From Clostridia bacterium (GTDB taxonomy: Bacteria; Bacillota; Clostridia; UMGS1883): a stretch of 51,816 bases of DNA. A model generated the notes under the pieces. That model was not told the DNA's origin, did no database searches, and was given only the letters and a program-made list of their open reading frames with translations. The position numbers and the translations under genes are program-made. The DNA lies in assembly GCA_051866635.1 (NCBI GenBank), contig JBJDXJ010000022.1, forward strand, positions 1-51,816, read 5' to 3'. How positions within the stretch are numbered: position 1 is the stretch's first letter; each line of letters begins with the position of its first letter. Shown piece after piece: positions 27,501 through 35,410 of this stretch.

Positions 27501-30500
27501 TGCACTTTTGTATCATGATGCGGCGAGGGCATATTTCTGTGCTATAAGGTGGAAATTAACAGGTGATACAGCCTATGGTGACTGTGCACGAGATATACTA
27601 AATGCGTGGAGTGCAACACTCAAAAGTGTGGGCGGAACCAGTGACAGATATTTGTTGGCACTCTACTTCTGGCAGATTACAGCGGCAAGTGAACTGATGC
27701 GTGAATACCCCGGCTTTGAACTGGAAAGAATGCAGGATATGCTGTATCTTGTGTGCTACAAGAATATTTCCGAAAAGTTTTTATATTCCAACGAATACGC
27801 TAAAGACCATAATGATGCACATGTTATGAATTACTGGGCTAACTGGGATTTGTGCAATATGGCTTTTGCAATAAGCCTGGGAGTGTTCTGCGACAGACGT
27901 GATATTTACGACAGAGCAACAGAATACTACAAAAATGGTGCAGGTAACGGTTCAATATTTAATGCCGTTCCGAAGCTCTACGAGGCAGAGGAAAGTGAAT
28001 TAAACATAAGTGTGGGTCAGTGGCAGGAGGCAGGCAGGGATATGCCACACGCAATAATGGGGATAGGTCAGATGGCAGTAACCTGTGAGGTTGCATGGAA
28101 TCAGGGCGACGACCTTTACGGCTGGGCAAATAACCGATTTATGTACGGTGCGGAATACCTTGCCCAGGCACAGATGGGTCACAGTGTGCCTTTTACCACA
28201 TATTACTGGTATTCGGGAAACCCCGGAACCTGGTCATCACAAACCGCTATAGCAACGGGCGATGCCTTAAGACCTGTGTTTGAAATTGTTTATAACCACT
28301 ACGCAAAAAGGAAGGGCTACGAACTTCCCGGCGTTAAAGAGGTTGTTGATTATCAGTCGCCCGAGGGCGGTCCCGGAGGGCACAGCTCAACCTTTGACCA
28401 GTTTGGTTTCGGTACGCTTTTGTACACACGTGATGAAGGCGACAGTACCGAGGCAACAGTTCCCAAAAGCAATGTTGAAGAAGGATATTACCGTATAACA
28501 AGTAAGCGTTCCGGTCACGCACTGACAGTTGACAGTGACGGTTATGTAAAACAATATGCAGTTGATGATGAAAACGAAAATCAGCTGTGGCAGCTTGTTG
28601 ACCTTGGCGGAGGTATTTACAAGATAGTAAACGTTGCAACTGGAAAGGTTATGAGCATAGAAAATAATTCATATGACCTGGGAGCACTTCTCACAACAAG
28701 TGATTATGAGGGTAAGTATTCACAGCAGTTTGCATTTTTGTGCATGGAAGATGATTGGGATAATTACTACGCAGGCGGCTACTATAAAATTACCAATGTT
28801 GCAAGCGGTCTGGGACTTGATGTTTTAAATGCTTCTTATGATGAAGGGGCAAGCGTACTTCAGTATACTTACAATTCAGGAAGCTGGCAGCAATGGGATC
28901 TTATTCCGGCTAAAGAAAACGGCGAAGTAACTGTTACGGTTAATTATGTAGACGGTGATAAAATTTTAGGCAGTGAAACAAGTACGCATATTGTGGGCTC
29001 AGATTTATACGATATAAAAGACACGAACGCTTTTTATATAAAATTTGAAGATAAGGCTTATATAGTTTCAAGTGAAAAACAAAGCCATACTGTTACGCTT
29101 GATGATGAAGGGAAAACATATTCTGTCAAAGTGACAGTTTTAAATGAAAATGCAGTTTTGGCAGATACTTTCGCTTCCTTTGACAATACCAACAAAAACA
29201 ATACTGTGGATTTGCTCTTTGCAGGTGCAAACGGTGTTAGTGATGCACCCGATACAGATGATGATGGCGAACGCACCGTTGAGAATAACATTACCTGTGT
29301 GGGAAGTGCGAGAATACCGCTTTTAACATTTAATGTTCCCCGGGATTATACAACAGGGAAGGCTGTTAAACTCAAGTTATACGTTGCAAAAGCAAACGGT
29401 AATCTTGGGGTTAACAACAATATGAAAATTGCCGCAAATACCGCCAATGTAACTGTGGACGAAAGCACAGTTTATACATCTTCAGCTTATGCTGATTTGA
29501 ATAGCCTTGTGTGGTCAAAAACAGCTTTTACCGCAAAAAGTGTATCTTCTGACGGACGAAACCCTGTAAACGAATGGGTGGAAATTGATGTAACGGAATT
29601 TATCGAAAATGCCGTAAATGACAAAATAACTTTTGCCATTTACGCCCCTGCGGCAGGCTGTTATATAGCGGACAGGGAAAAAGCTGTATATGGCGGAGAA
29701 TATGAAGGTAAGGCGGCTTATCTTGAAGTTTGCGACGGATGGACTGTTGAGGCAAACAATGCATCAAAAATCACAAAGAACGGAAGTATTCTGCAAAATA
29801 GTGAGAGCTTTGTTTTAACCGACAGCGACACCGTAAGGTTTTATTCCGATAATAACAATGTTGTGGCATTTACAAACGGAACAAAGGTTTACAAAACCCA
29901 GGAAAGCGTCGCCCCGGAAGAAGGAACTTACACTCCTGCAACAATCGGTGTGTACATGATTGACGGTGCACAGGTAAGAATAGGTGACGGCGTTGACGAA
30001 AACGGCAAAGTTGCATCAGGAAGCGGATTGAGATTTGTGTCTAAAGTTGACAGAATAGATTCTTTGGCAGCTGTTAAAGGTGCGGTTTTCGGTGTTAAAA
30101 TTACAGCCGAGGGAAGCGAAGTGACTGTTGATATTCCCACTGAAAAGTGGCAGACGGAGGATGTGTTTACAACAGCTATTACAAATCTTAACGAATGTAA
30201 TTATAACCGTGAATTTACCGCAACGCCTTACATTATTGCCGATAATCAAACCTTTGAAGGCGAAAATACCACAAGAAGCATTTACCGCGTTGCGGCAGGT
30301 ATATTGATAAACGGCTATAAAGCCGACGAAAACGCCACAGAAGAGGACAAAACAGGTACAACTTATGTACTTACAAAGGTTCTTACAGATGTGCTTAACG
30401 CTTACGTTAATCAGGTGGGACTTCGACTTACAATGACAAATGATGGCACATTTACTGCACGAGTGGATGGCACAGGTGCTTATACAGGCGATTTGTTCTT

Positions 30501-30696
30501 TGAAGTGTCTAAAACCGATAACGGTGACGGCAGCTACAAAATTACAATTACGCCTTCCGAAAATGTTGAAATAAAATCCTGGTGGAAGGATTATGTGAGA
30601 ATTAATAACAACAATTCTGCCGTTAAAAACATGATTTCGGAAGATGAGGTTTCGGAAAACGGAATTCTTACGTTTAAATTCACGCTTAATCGTTAA
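24526..30696 (+). CDS. Large secreted modular protein: alginate-lyase-family catalytic domain with LamG-like, Ig-like, ricin-B (CBM13-like), MucBP-like and duplicated DNRLRE-like modules
   Basis: Signal peptide MKRILSFLLAFAMII; LamG-like YEFE...LYIDGV...GYIDQFEIYNKVLS; lyase-like FLHPG, NYWANWD, WQEAGRD..H, AWNQGDDLYG, DQFGFGTL (~27320-28430); QxW/F repeats QLW, QQF, QQW (~28480-28910). Confidence 0.75.
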   Translation: MMKRILSFLLAFAMIISAFPSSINVLAKETVSNLSLINYGSSGNSSGTGILVATGVYPGSSGTSDKAPYIADDTGSFMTNLGSTRIGVMAFSTEGVSADTVKTATLNVYVNFVNGNIGTGWLRFAAYETDNPSLTYSVGGMNQALFPAKNNDYSYNAAMWSNERFTNKGTEGQTAGWATIDVTRAVKNAVLDGKNYVVLRFQVPTAGINLSTEGDYAPFIELVSGDKVPVTINCVDENDNVIKTTTEYILEGTNYKATADTYLTLGNVVYTLDGESEQEITVSEEGNTVVFNYTSSLSNVMAKYEFEDSSFALGDTVTDSSGNGYDGSVAVGDLSITDGVYGNGINLNSNGYIELPSNLITALKELDGFTVSALVKKNALQHQFLFSASAAHLTSGSVSLGIIDAYNYRYEANGDSITTGKRTETDSEYAYLTASLDFANGTGTLYIDGVQVGSGSISKTLTDVGATVMGIGVSPYNDGYYNGYIDQFEIYNKVLSSSEVSKVAGLMTITPVYTDSENNRSYRGESITARIGESVTFEKSVKDNTTFYNFDAINEGDLTTTVVYAEGLSYDYIISSTSDKNAAYKLVDSVTIGGECSEYDITLPDTVEGYEESQITWSYDSDYVTVAGKKATFEKKDYTYTVTFTATIEYQGESCTKDFKVLVHAEDCTPTSGTRAFDINGLGYTVADGENLIDIDLFDYTCNSYTGWTSGGAALTDNFSIAEGYNDCGSIKAASLPGSTAAGSINPYIPLPEHTGEEAFIISFAIKGESNSSIEWSNAFLCDEGKNNTGFVCGTYDGTNYRYGINASQNWSVNRFAFTPGKDDKYIRLCIGWTSNIAIDNISIVKAEKHMIEVSERYVDNLTVYDEQTVLGEGEYSVTLQYGEKYISEQVPESIEVDGVNYILVSNNSEKTVKSDTNELTFDYRYIDEKDKFLHPGILNTDADLTRIAEAIANEEEPYYSAYQAFTENTYTNIGTARAVGSVNRGGTGDNCALLYHDAARAYFCAIRWKLTGDTAYGDCARDILNAWSATLKSVGGTSDRYLLALYFWQITAASELMREYPGFELERMQDMLYLVCYKNISEKFLYSNEYAKDHNDAHVMNYWANWDLCNMAFAISLGVFCDRRDIYDRATEYYKNGAGNGSIFNAVPKLYEAEESELNISVGQWQEAGRDMPHAIMGIGQMAVTCEVAWNQGDDLYGWANNRFMYGAEYLAQAQMGHSVPFTTYYWYSGNPGTWSSQTAIATGDALRPVFEIVYNHYAKRKGYELPGVKEVVDYQSPEGGPGGHSSTFDQFGFGTLLYTRDEGDSTEATVPKSNVEEGYYRITSKRSGHALTVDSDGYVKQYAVDDENENQLWQLVDLGGGIYKIVNVATGKVMSIENNSYDLGALLTTSDYEGKYSQQFAFLCMEDDWDNYYAGGYYKITNVASGLGLDVLNASYDEGASVLQYTYNSGSWQQWDLIPAKENGEVTVTVNYVDGDKILGSETSTHIVGSDLYDIKDTNAFYIKFEDKAYIVSSEKQSHTVTLDDEGKTYSVKVTVLNENAVLADTFASFDNTNKNNTVDLLFAGANGVSDAPDTDDDGERTVENNITCVGSARIPLLTFNVPRDYTTGKAVKLKLYVAKANGNLGVNNNMKIAANTANVTVDESTVYTSSAYADLNSLVWSKTAFTAKSVSSDGRNPVNEWVEIDVTEFIENAVNDKITFAIYAPAAGCYIADREKAVYGGEYEGKAAYLEVCDGWTVEANNASKITKNGSILQNSESFVLTDSDTVRFYSDNNNVVAFTNGTKVYKTQESVAPEEGTYTPATIGVYMIDGAQVRIGDGVDENGKVASGSGLRFVSKVDRIDSLAAVKGAVFGVKITAEGSEVTVDIPTEKWQTEDVFTTAITNLNECNYNREFTATPYIIADNQTFEGENTTRSIYRVAAGILINGYKADENATEEDKTGTTYVLTKVLTDVLNAYVNQVGLRLTMTNDGTFTARVDGTGAYTGDLFFEVSKTDNGDGSYKITITPSENVEIKSWWKDYVRINNNNSAVKNMISEDEVSENGILTFKFTLNR

Positions 30697-30723
30697 TATA
30701 ATATGAAAAATCCTTTTTTACAC

Positions 30724-30752
30724 TTGCAATATGGAATATATTGTGTTAGAAT
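30724..30752 (+). promoter_or_regulatory. Putative sigma-A promoter of the SCP2 gene
   Basis: TTGCAA-17 nt-TAGAAT with TG. Confidence 0.55.
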
Positions 30753-30786
30753 AATTCAAATAGTTGGGAAAGGACGTATACATACA

Positions 30787-31275
30787 ATGACATTTTTGGA
30801 AAAATTTGAAGATATTAAAGCTATGCTTAATGTTGATGTGAAATTTGAACGTAATTTTGCAATACAGATCAATATGACTGATGACGACTGCTCCGGTGCA
30901 TTTTATGTAAAACACTGTAACGGTGTCTTTGAAGTTCAGCCTTACACCTACCATGACTATGATGCAATGATGACTTTAACAAGTGAAATTCTTTACTGGA
31001 TGCTTACAGGTGAAATTGATTCTGTGGCGGCATTTTTTGAGGGCAAGTTCGCAATTGACGGTAATCTGGAAGCTGTTTTGGAGTTTTTGAAGGTTACAAA
31101 TGTAATAAAGGCTAAGCGTAAGGCTGAAAAGGAAGCTAAGAAGGCTAAAGAAAAGAAAGCCAAGGAAAAGAAGACTAAAGTTGCGAAAACTAAAGAGGAA
31201 GCCGTTAAAGTTGAAAAAGTGGTAAAGACCAAAAGTGCTAAAAAAGAAGCTAAGCAGTTGAAGCTTGATATTTAA
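30787..31275 (+). CDS. SCP2 sterol/lipid-binding domain protein with Lys/Ala/Glu-rich C-terminal tail
   Basis: AIQINMT..GAFYV..EVQPY.YHDYDA..MLTGEIDSVAAFFEGKFAIDGN, followed by KAKRKAEKEAKKAKEKK. Confidence 0.7.
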   Translation: MTFLEKFEDIKAMLNVDVKFERNFAIQINMTDDDCSGAFYVKHCNGVFEVQPYTYHDYDAMMTLTSEILYWMLTGEIDSVAAFFEGKFAIDGNLEAVLEFLKVTNVIKAKRKAEKEAKKAKEKKAKEKKTKVAKTKEEAVKVEKVVKTKSAKKEAKQLKLDI

Positions 31276-31283
31276 GAAAAGAG

Positions 31284-31326
31284 AACAGGACTTTTGCAAT
31301 GCATTTTTGCATAAGCCCTGTTTTTT
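31284..31326 (+). terminator. Probable intrinsic terminator
   Basis: AACAGGACTTTTGCAA...TTGCATAAGCCCTGTTTTTT imperfect hairpin with T-run. Confidence 0.55.
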
Positions 31327-31355
31327 GTATATACAAAAATAAAGGAGAGGTTTTT

Positions 31356-32468
31356 ATGTTCAGGTATTTAATGCCCACAAAGGTAATAGTTGGGAAAAAC
31401 TCTGTTAAGGAAAACATAGATGAGCTTATCTTAGGCTCAAAATGTATGATTGTAACAGGTAAATCGTCAGGCGAAAGAAGTGGGGCACTTGGTGATGTTA
31501 TTGATGTGCTTAAAGACAAAGGGATAGAGTATGTTGTTTATAATAAGATTGGAAACAATCCCACCATAGAAGAAGCGGTTCAGGGTGGCTGTGCGGCACG
31601 AAAGTTTGGTGCTGACTTTTTAATCGGCATAGGCGGGGGCTCCCCCTTGGACGCATGTAAGGCAATTGCTGTTTACGCAGAGAATGAACCTATAGATGGC
31701 AGTGAATTTGAAATGTATGATATTTTTGAGGGGAAATACAAAAATAAGCCCCTTCCCATGGCGGCAATTCCCACAACTGCCGGCACAGGTAGTGAAACAA
31801 CACCTTATTCCATACTTACACTGCATAAAGAGCATAACAAAAAGAGCTTTTCATCACCTGATGTGTTTTATAAAGTAGCTTTTTTAGATGGCAGGTATAC
31901 TGTTAATCTTCCCATTCAGATTGCAAGAAATACTGCTATCGATGCAATGAGCCATCTTTTAGAAGGCTTTACAGATAAGAAGTCATCTCCGGCAAGCGAT
32001 TATATTGCTTTAGAAGGACTTAGAATATTTGGCAAGTACAAGAATAATCTTAAAGACGGCAATTTTAATGTTGACATGTGTACAGACCTTTTATGGGCGG
32101 CTAGCTTAGGTGGAATTGTGATAAGCCAGACAGGTACAACAATCGTTCATTCTATGGGTTATGCACTTACTTATTATAAGGACATTCCCCACGGTATGGC
32201 AAACGGAATGCTCCTTGGTGAATATCTGGAAAGAACAAAAAAGGTGCTTCCCGATAAAATAAACCGAGCAATGGAAGCTATTGGCATGAGCCTTGATGAG
32301 TTTAAGGCTTTTCTTAAAGACTGTTTGCCCTGTGATAAGGATTTTTCAGAAGAAGAGCTTATCCAATGGGCAAATACAAGCATAAAGGCGAAAAATGCAA
32401 GCGTGTGTCCATTTGAAGTGGATTTGGCAAGTGAAGTTGAGATATATAAAAAGTGTTTGTTAAAATAA
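31356..32468 (+). CDS. Iron-containing alcohol dehydrogenase
   Basis: GIGGGSPLDACKAI, IPTTAGTGSE, DAMSHLLEG, VHSMGY, IPHGMANG. Confidence 0.92.
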   Translation: MFRYLMPTKVIVGKNSVKENIDELILGSKCMIVTGKSSGERSGALGDVIDVLKDKGIEYVVYNKIGNNPTIEEAVQGGCAARKFGADFLIGIGGGSPLDACKAIAVYAENEPIDGSEFEMYDIFEGKYKNKPLPMAAIPTTAGTGSETTPYSILTLHKEHNKKSFSSPDVFYKVAFLDGRYTVNLPIQIARNTAIDAMSHLLEGFTDKKSSPASDYIALEGLRIFGKYKNNLKDGNFNVDMCTDLLWAASLGGIVISQTGTTIVHSMGYALTYYKDIPHGMANGMLLGEYLERTKKVLPDKINRAMEAIGMSLDEFKAFLKDCLPCDKDFSEEELIQWANTSIKAKNASVCPFEVDLASEVEIYKKCLLK

Positions 32469-32488
32469 ACTAAATTGAATAAATGGTG

Positions 32489-33163
32489 TTATTTTACAGG
32501 AAATAAGGTAACAGTGTTGTTATCATCACATACACCTAAAAATATATCCTTGGCAGATTTGTATCCTTGAGAATTAAGTTCTCTTTCCAGCCAGATTAAG
32601 TCTAACCCTTTGCGTTTGATGTTGTCATGGAGAATTCTGCCGTCCATAATAATTTCTGTGAAAATATATTCCTTTTCGGGTGCTAAGTTCATATCATAGG
32701 GGGTTAGTGGACGTTTTTCACTTTTAGGCAAAATGGTCAGATGGCCGTTATATTCAAAAACGGCAGTCTGTATATCGTTTAGATTAAAAAAACCTTGCTG
32801 GTGGCACATGACTAAAAATTCACTTAAATCAAGCTTGGATTTTTTCATGTTCTCTCTGTATAGCTTGCCGTTATTCATTATAATTGAGGGAGAACCGTTA
32901 ATGAATTTCCTTGATTTATTAGATTTGGACGTAATTAAGTTTAAAACAACCGCTACGAAACCGTATGTTACCATGGCAAAAAAAGGTTTTTGGGGTGATT
33001 CAAGCTCTGTTGCCAGTTCTGCGGCGATTGAACCTATGGTAATTCCTGTGATGTAGTCAAAAAAGCTAAGCTGTGACATTTGCCTATGACCGATAATTTT
33101 GGCAATAATGAAAAGTGTTAATACGGAAAGAGACGATGTGCATAGAATTTTAAATATATCCAT
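32489..33163 (-). CDS. DUF421/YetF-family membrane protein
   Basis: GHRQMSQLSFFDYITGITIGSIAA, AVFEYNGHLTILPK, IIMDGRI. Confidence 0.88.
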   Translation of the reverse strand: MDIFKILCTSSLSVLTLFIIAKIIGHRQMSQLSFFDYITGITIGSIAAELATELESPQKPFFAMVTYGFVAVVLNLITSKSNKSRKFINGSPSIIMNNGKLYRENMKKSKLDLSEFLVMCHQQGFFNLNDIQTAVFEYNGHLTILPKSEKRPLTPYDMNLAPEKEYIFTEIIMDGRILHDNIKRKGLDLIWLERELNSQGYKSAKDIFLGVCDDNNTVTLFPVK

Positions 33164-33245
33164 TGTTAAATCCTCCGTTTTAGTATAATTATTCTGCCAC
33201 GGAAGAAGTGTAATATACATAAATCTATTTACAAAAAAAGAACAG

Positions 33246-33274
33246 TTGATTAAAAGGTTATACTGTTATATAAT
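33246..33274 (+). promoter_or_regulatory. Putative sigma-A promoter of the PHP gene
   Basis: TTGATT-17 nt-TATAAT. Confidence 0.55.
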
Positions 33275-33305
33275 AAACATGATAATTTGAAAAGAGGCGG
33301 AGTTT

Positions 33306-33989
33306 ATGTACCGATACGAAACACATCTGCACACTTATCCTGTAAGTGCCTGCGGAAAGGTAAGCGTTAAAGAAAATCTTGATTTTTACAAAGAAATGGG
33401 ATACGACGGTATCTTTATAACAAACCATTTTTTGGACGGAAATATAAATATTGATTGGAACACTCCTGTTGAAGAAAAGCTCGATTTTTATTTTTCGGAT
33501 TTTGAAGAAGCCGAAAAATACGGGAAAAAGATTAATCTTAAGGTGTTCTGCGGTATTGAAATGAGTTATGGCGGCACAGATTTCTTAGTTTACGGACTTG
33601 ATAAAGAGTGGTGGCTTAACCATACTGATGTATTGAACGAGCGAAAAAGCAGACAACTGCCCTATCTTATGAGCCAGGGTGCTTTAGTTGTACAGGCACA
33701 TCCTTTCCGTGAAGCAAATTATATTGACCATATCCGTCTTTTTCCCCGTGGGGTAGAAGGGGTAGAGGTTTTTAACGCTGACAGAACAGATTTTGAAAAT
33801 AAAATGGCAAAAATATACGCAGAGGAGTACGGATTTTTACAGACAGCAGGTAGTGACAACCACTGGGGCAAGGATGCAAAAAGGCTTGCAGGACTGGAAT
33901 GTGAGGAACCTGTAGAGGATGTTTCGGATTTTATAAAAAAACTGAGAGACGGTAAAATGAAAATATTTGTCATAGACAGAGCAATGTAA
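33306..33989 (+). CDS. PHP-domain phosphoesterase
   Basis: ETHLHT, ITNHF, GIE, QAHPFR, GVEVFN, GSDNH. Confidence 0.85.
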   Translation: MYRYETHLHTYPVSACGKVSVKENLDFYKEMGYDGIFITNHFLDGNINIDWNTPVEEKLDFYFSDFEEAEKYGKKINLKVFCGIEMSYGGTDFLVYGLDKEWWLNHTDVLNERKSRQLPYLMSQGALVVQAHPFREANYIDHIRLFPRGVEGVEVFNADRTDFENKMAKIYAEEYGFLQTAGSDNHWGKDAKRLAGLECEEPVEDVSDFIKKLRDGKMKIFVIDRAM

Positions 33990-34007
33990 AAATGAAAGAA
34001 AACAGCT

Positions 34008-34067
34008 AAAAAATAAGGGATGGTATAAAAGAATTTCAAATCCTTTTATACCATCCCTTATTTTTTT
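34008..34067. terminator. Long bidirectional intrinsic terminator
   Basis: AAAAAATAAGGGATGGTATAAAAG...CTTTTATACCATCCCTTATTTTTT between convergent genes. Confidence 0.88.
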
Positions 34068-34069
34068 GT

Positions 34070-34489
34070 TTAGTAAATTTCGTAATTTCCTTTTATCATT
34101 AAGATAAGATCGGTTTCTGATTTTATGCCGCGTCCGTCGGAAACCGGGACAATCAGGTTATGGTTGGCAGGAACTACTGCACCGTAAGTAAGGTCCACCC
34201 CTGAAGTAACATCACATACGCCGCCCTTTTCAGTTGAAATAACTGTAGCTGTGCCTGACCTTAAAATTATTTCGCAACCGGCAAGACCGATTAAATGTCT
34301 GTTGGCACTTAAATTTACAACAGAGAATGTAGAAACTGAATTAACATAGGGGATAAGAGTTGAGTCCACATAACTCTTGGAAATAAGCGGATCATCGGAA
34401 TTTCCCGGGGTAGACGCAGAAACCCCGATTGAAATAACAAAAGCCAATATAAGTACACCAACTAAAATCTTTTGTGATAATTTTTTCAT
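34070..34489 (-). CDS. Hypothetical exported protein
   Basis: Signal-peptide-like N-terminus; GNSDDPLISKSYVD and EIILRSG segments; RBS AAAGGAG. Confidence 0.65.
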   Translation of the reverse strand: MKKLSQKILVGVLILAFVISIGVSASTPGNSDDPLISKSYVDSTLIPYVNSVSTFSVVNLSANRHLIGLAGCEIILRSGTATVISTEKGGVCDVTSGVDLTYGAVVPANHNLIVPVSDGRGIKSETDLILMIKGNYEIY

Positions 34490-34507
34490 ATTTCATTACT
34501 CCTTTGT

Positions 34508-34852
34508 TCAAATTAGTCCGAAGCTTATTGATAAAGCATCGTTCACCTTTATCATCTGTACATCATCAAGTCTGCCGATTTTTTCGCGAAGTCGCTTTTT
34601 GTCGATGGTGCGAACCTGTTCAAGTAATATAACACTGTCCTTACTAAGTCCGTACCTTGCTGCATCAATCTCAATATGAGTGGGAAGCTTTGCCTTGTTG
34701 ATTTTACTTGTAATAGCTGCCGCAATTACCGTGGGACTGTATTTGTTACCCACATCATTCTGTACAACCAACACCGGTCTTGTGCCGCCTTGCTCACTGC
34801 CCACAACAGGGCTTAGATCAGCGTAAAAAATATCTCCTCGCTTTACGATCAA
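34508..34852 (-). CDS. ndoA: Type II toxin, MazF/PemK endoribonuclease (EndoA)
   Basis: [53 protein letters not shown]. Confidence 0.95.
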   Translation of the reverse strand: MIVKRGDIFYADLSPVVGSEQGGTRPVLVVQNDVGNKYSPTVIAAAITSKINKAKLPTHIEIDAARYGLSKDSVILLEQVRTIDKKRLREKIGRLDDVQMIKVNDALSISFGLI

Positions 34853-34854
34853 AA

Positions 34855-35127
34855 CTATTCACATCCCATTAAATAATCCTCGTAGGCATCTTGTGTAGCT
34901 TGATCTGAGTCAAAACACTCTTCCGCAATGGAAAGGTTAATCTCTGCCATTTCGGCATATCCTATTCCAAGTTTCTTTTTGTTTTCAATTCTCCTTCTTT
35001 CCGCCAGATAAATTTTTATCATCGATTCAATCATATTGCTTCTTGACACTTTTAAAGCACGTGATATTTTATCGACATCTGTTAAAATATCGTCGGGAAG
35101 TGTAATGGAGATTTCTTTTCGTTCCAT
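34855..35127 (-). CDS. ndoAI: CopG/RHH antitoxin (EndoAI, MazE)
   Basis: [20 protein letters not shown] segment, [15 protein letters not shown]; immediately upstream of the toxin. Confidence 0.88.
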   Translation of the reverse strand: MERKEISITLPDDILTDVDKISRALKVSRSNMIESMIKIYLAERRRIENKKKLGIGYAEMAEINLSIAEECFDSDQATQDAYEDYLMGCE

Positions 35128-35163
35128 AAGCTGACCTCCCTTTGGAAATATAGATACACTTAG

Positions 35164-35192
35164 ATTATATACCCAAAGTAAGCTCAAGTCAA
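35164..35192 (-). promoter_or_regulatory. Sigma-A promoter of the toxin-antitoxin operon
   Basis: TTGACT-17 nt-TATAAT. Confidence 0.7.
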
Positions 35193-35376
35193 ATGTAACT
35201 TGTTCCACGAGAGGTAATATGTACAAAAAACCTTTCGGGAAGGAAGAAACGATTACCTACACTAAGAGTCTGTACAAAAGTTTTGAAATTAATACATGGA
35301 ACAGAAATTTTAATTCATTACAGTATATTACATTTAACTTTACTTGGTGCGAAATATAAGCAAATTCATATAATAG

Positions 35377-35409
35377 AATAAACGGTACTGAATTTCAGCA
35401 CCGTTATTT
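35377..35409 (-). terminator. Terminator after the PBP1A gene
   Basis: Minus strand AACGGTGCTGAAATTCAGTACCGTT followed by TATTCT. Confidence 0.6.
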
Positions 35410-35410
35410 G

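Noticed and set aside
31100-31260. AAGGCTAAG/AAAGAA-type short repeats as a CRISPR array or tandem repeat
   Set aside because: They are coding low-complexity Lys/Ala/Glu sequence with no constant repeat-spacer periodicity.
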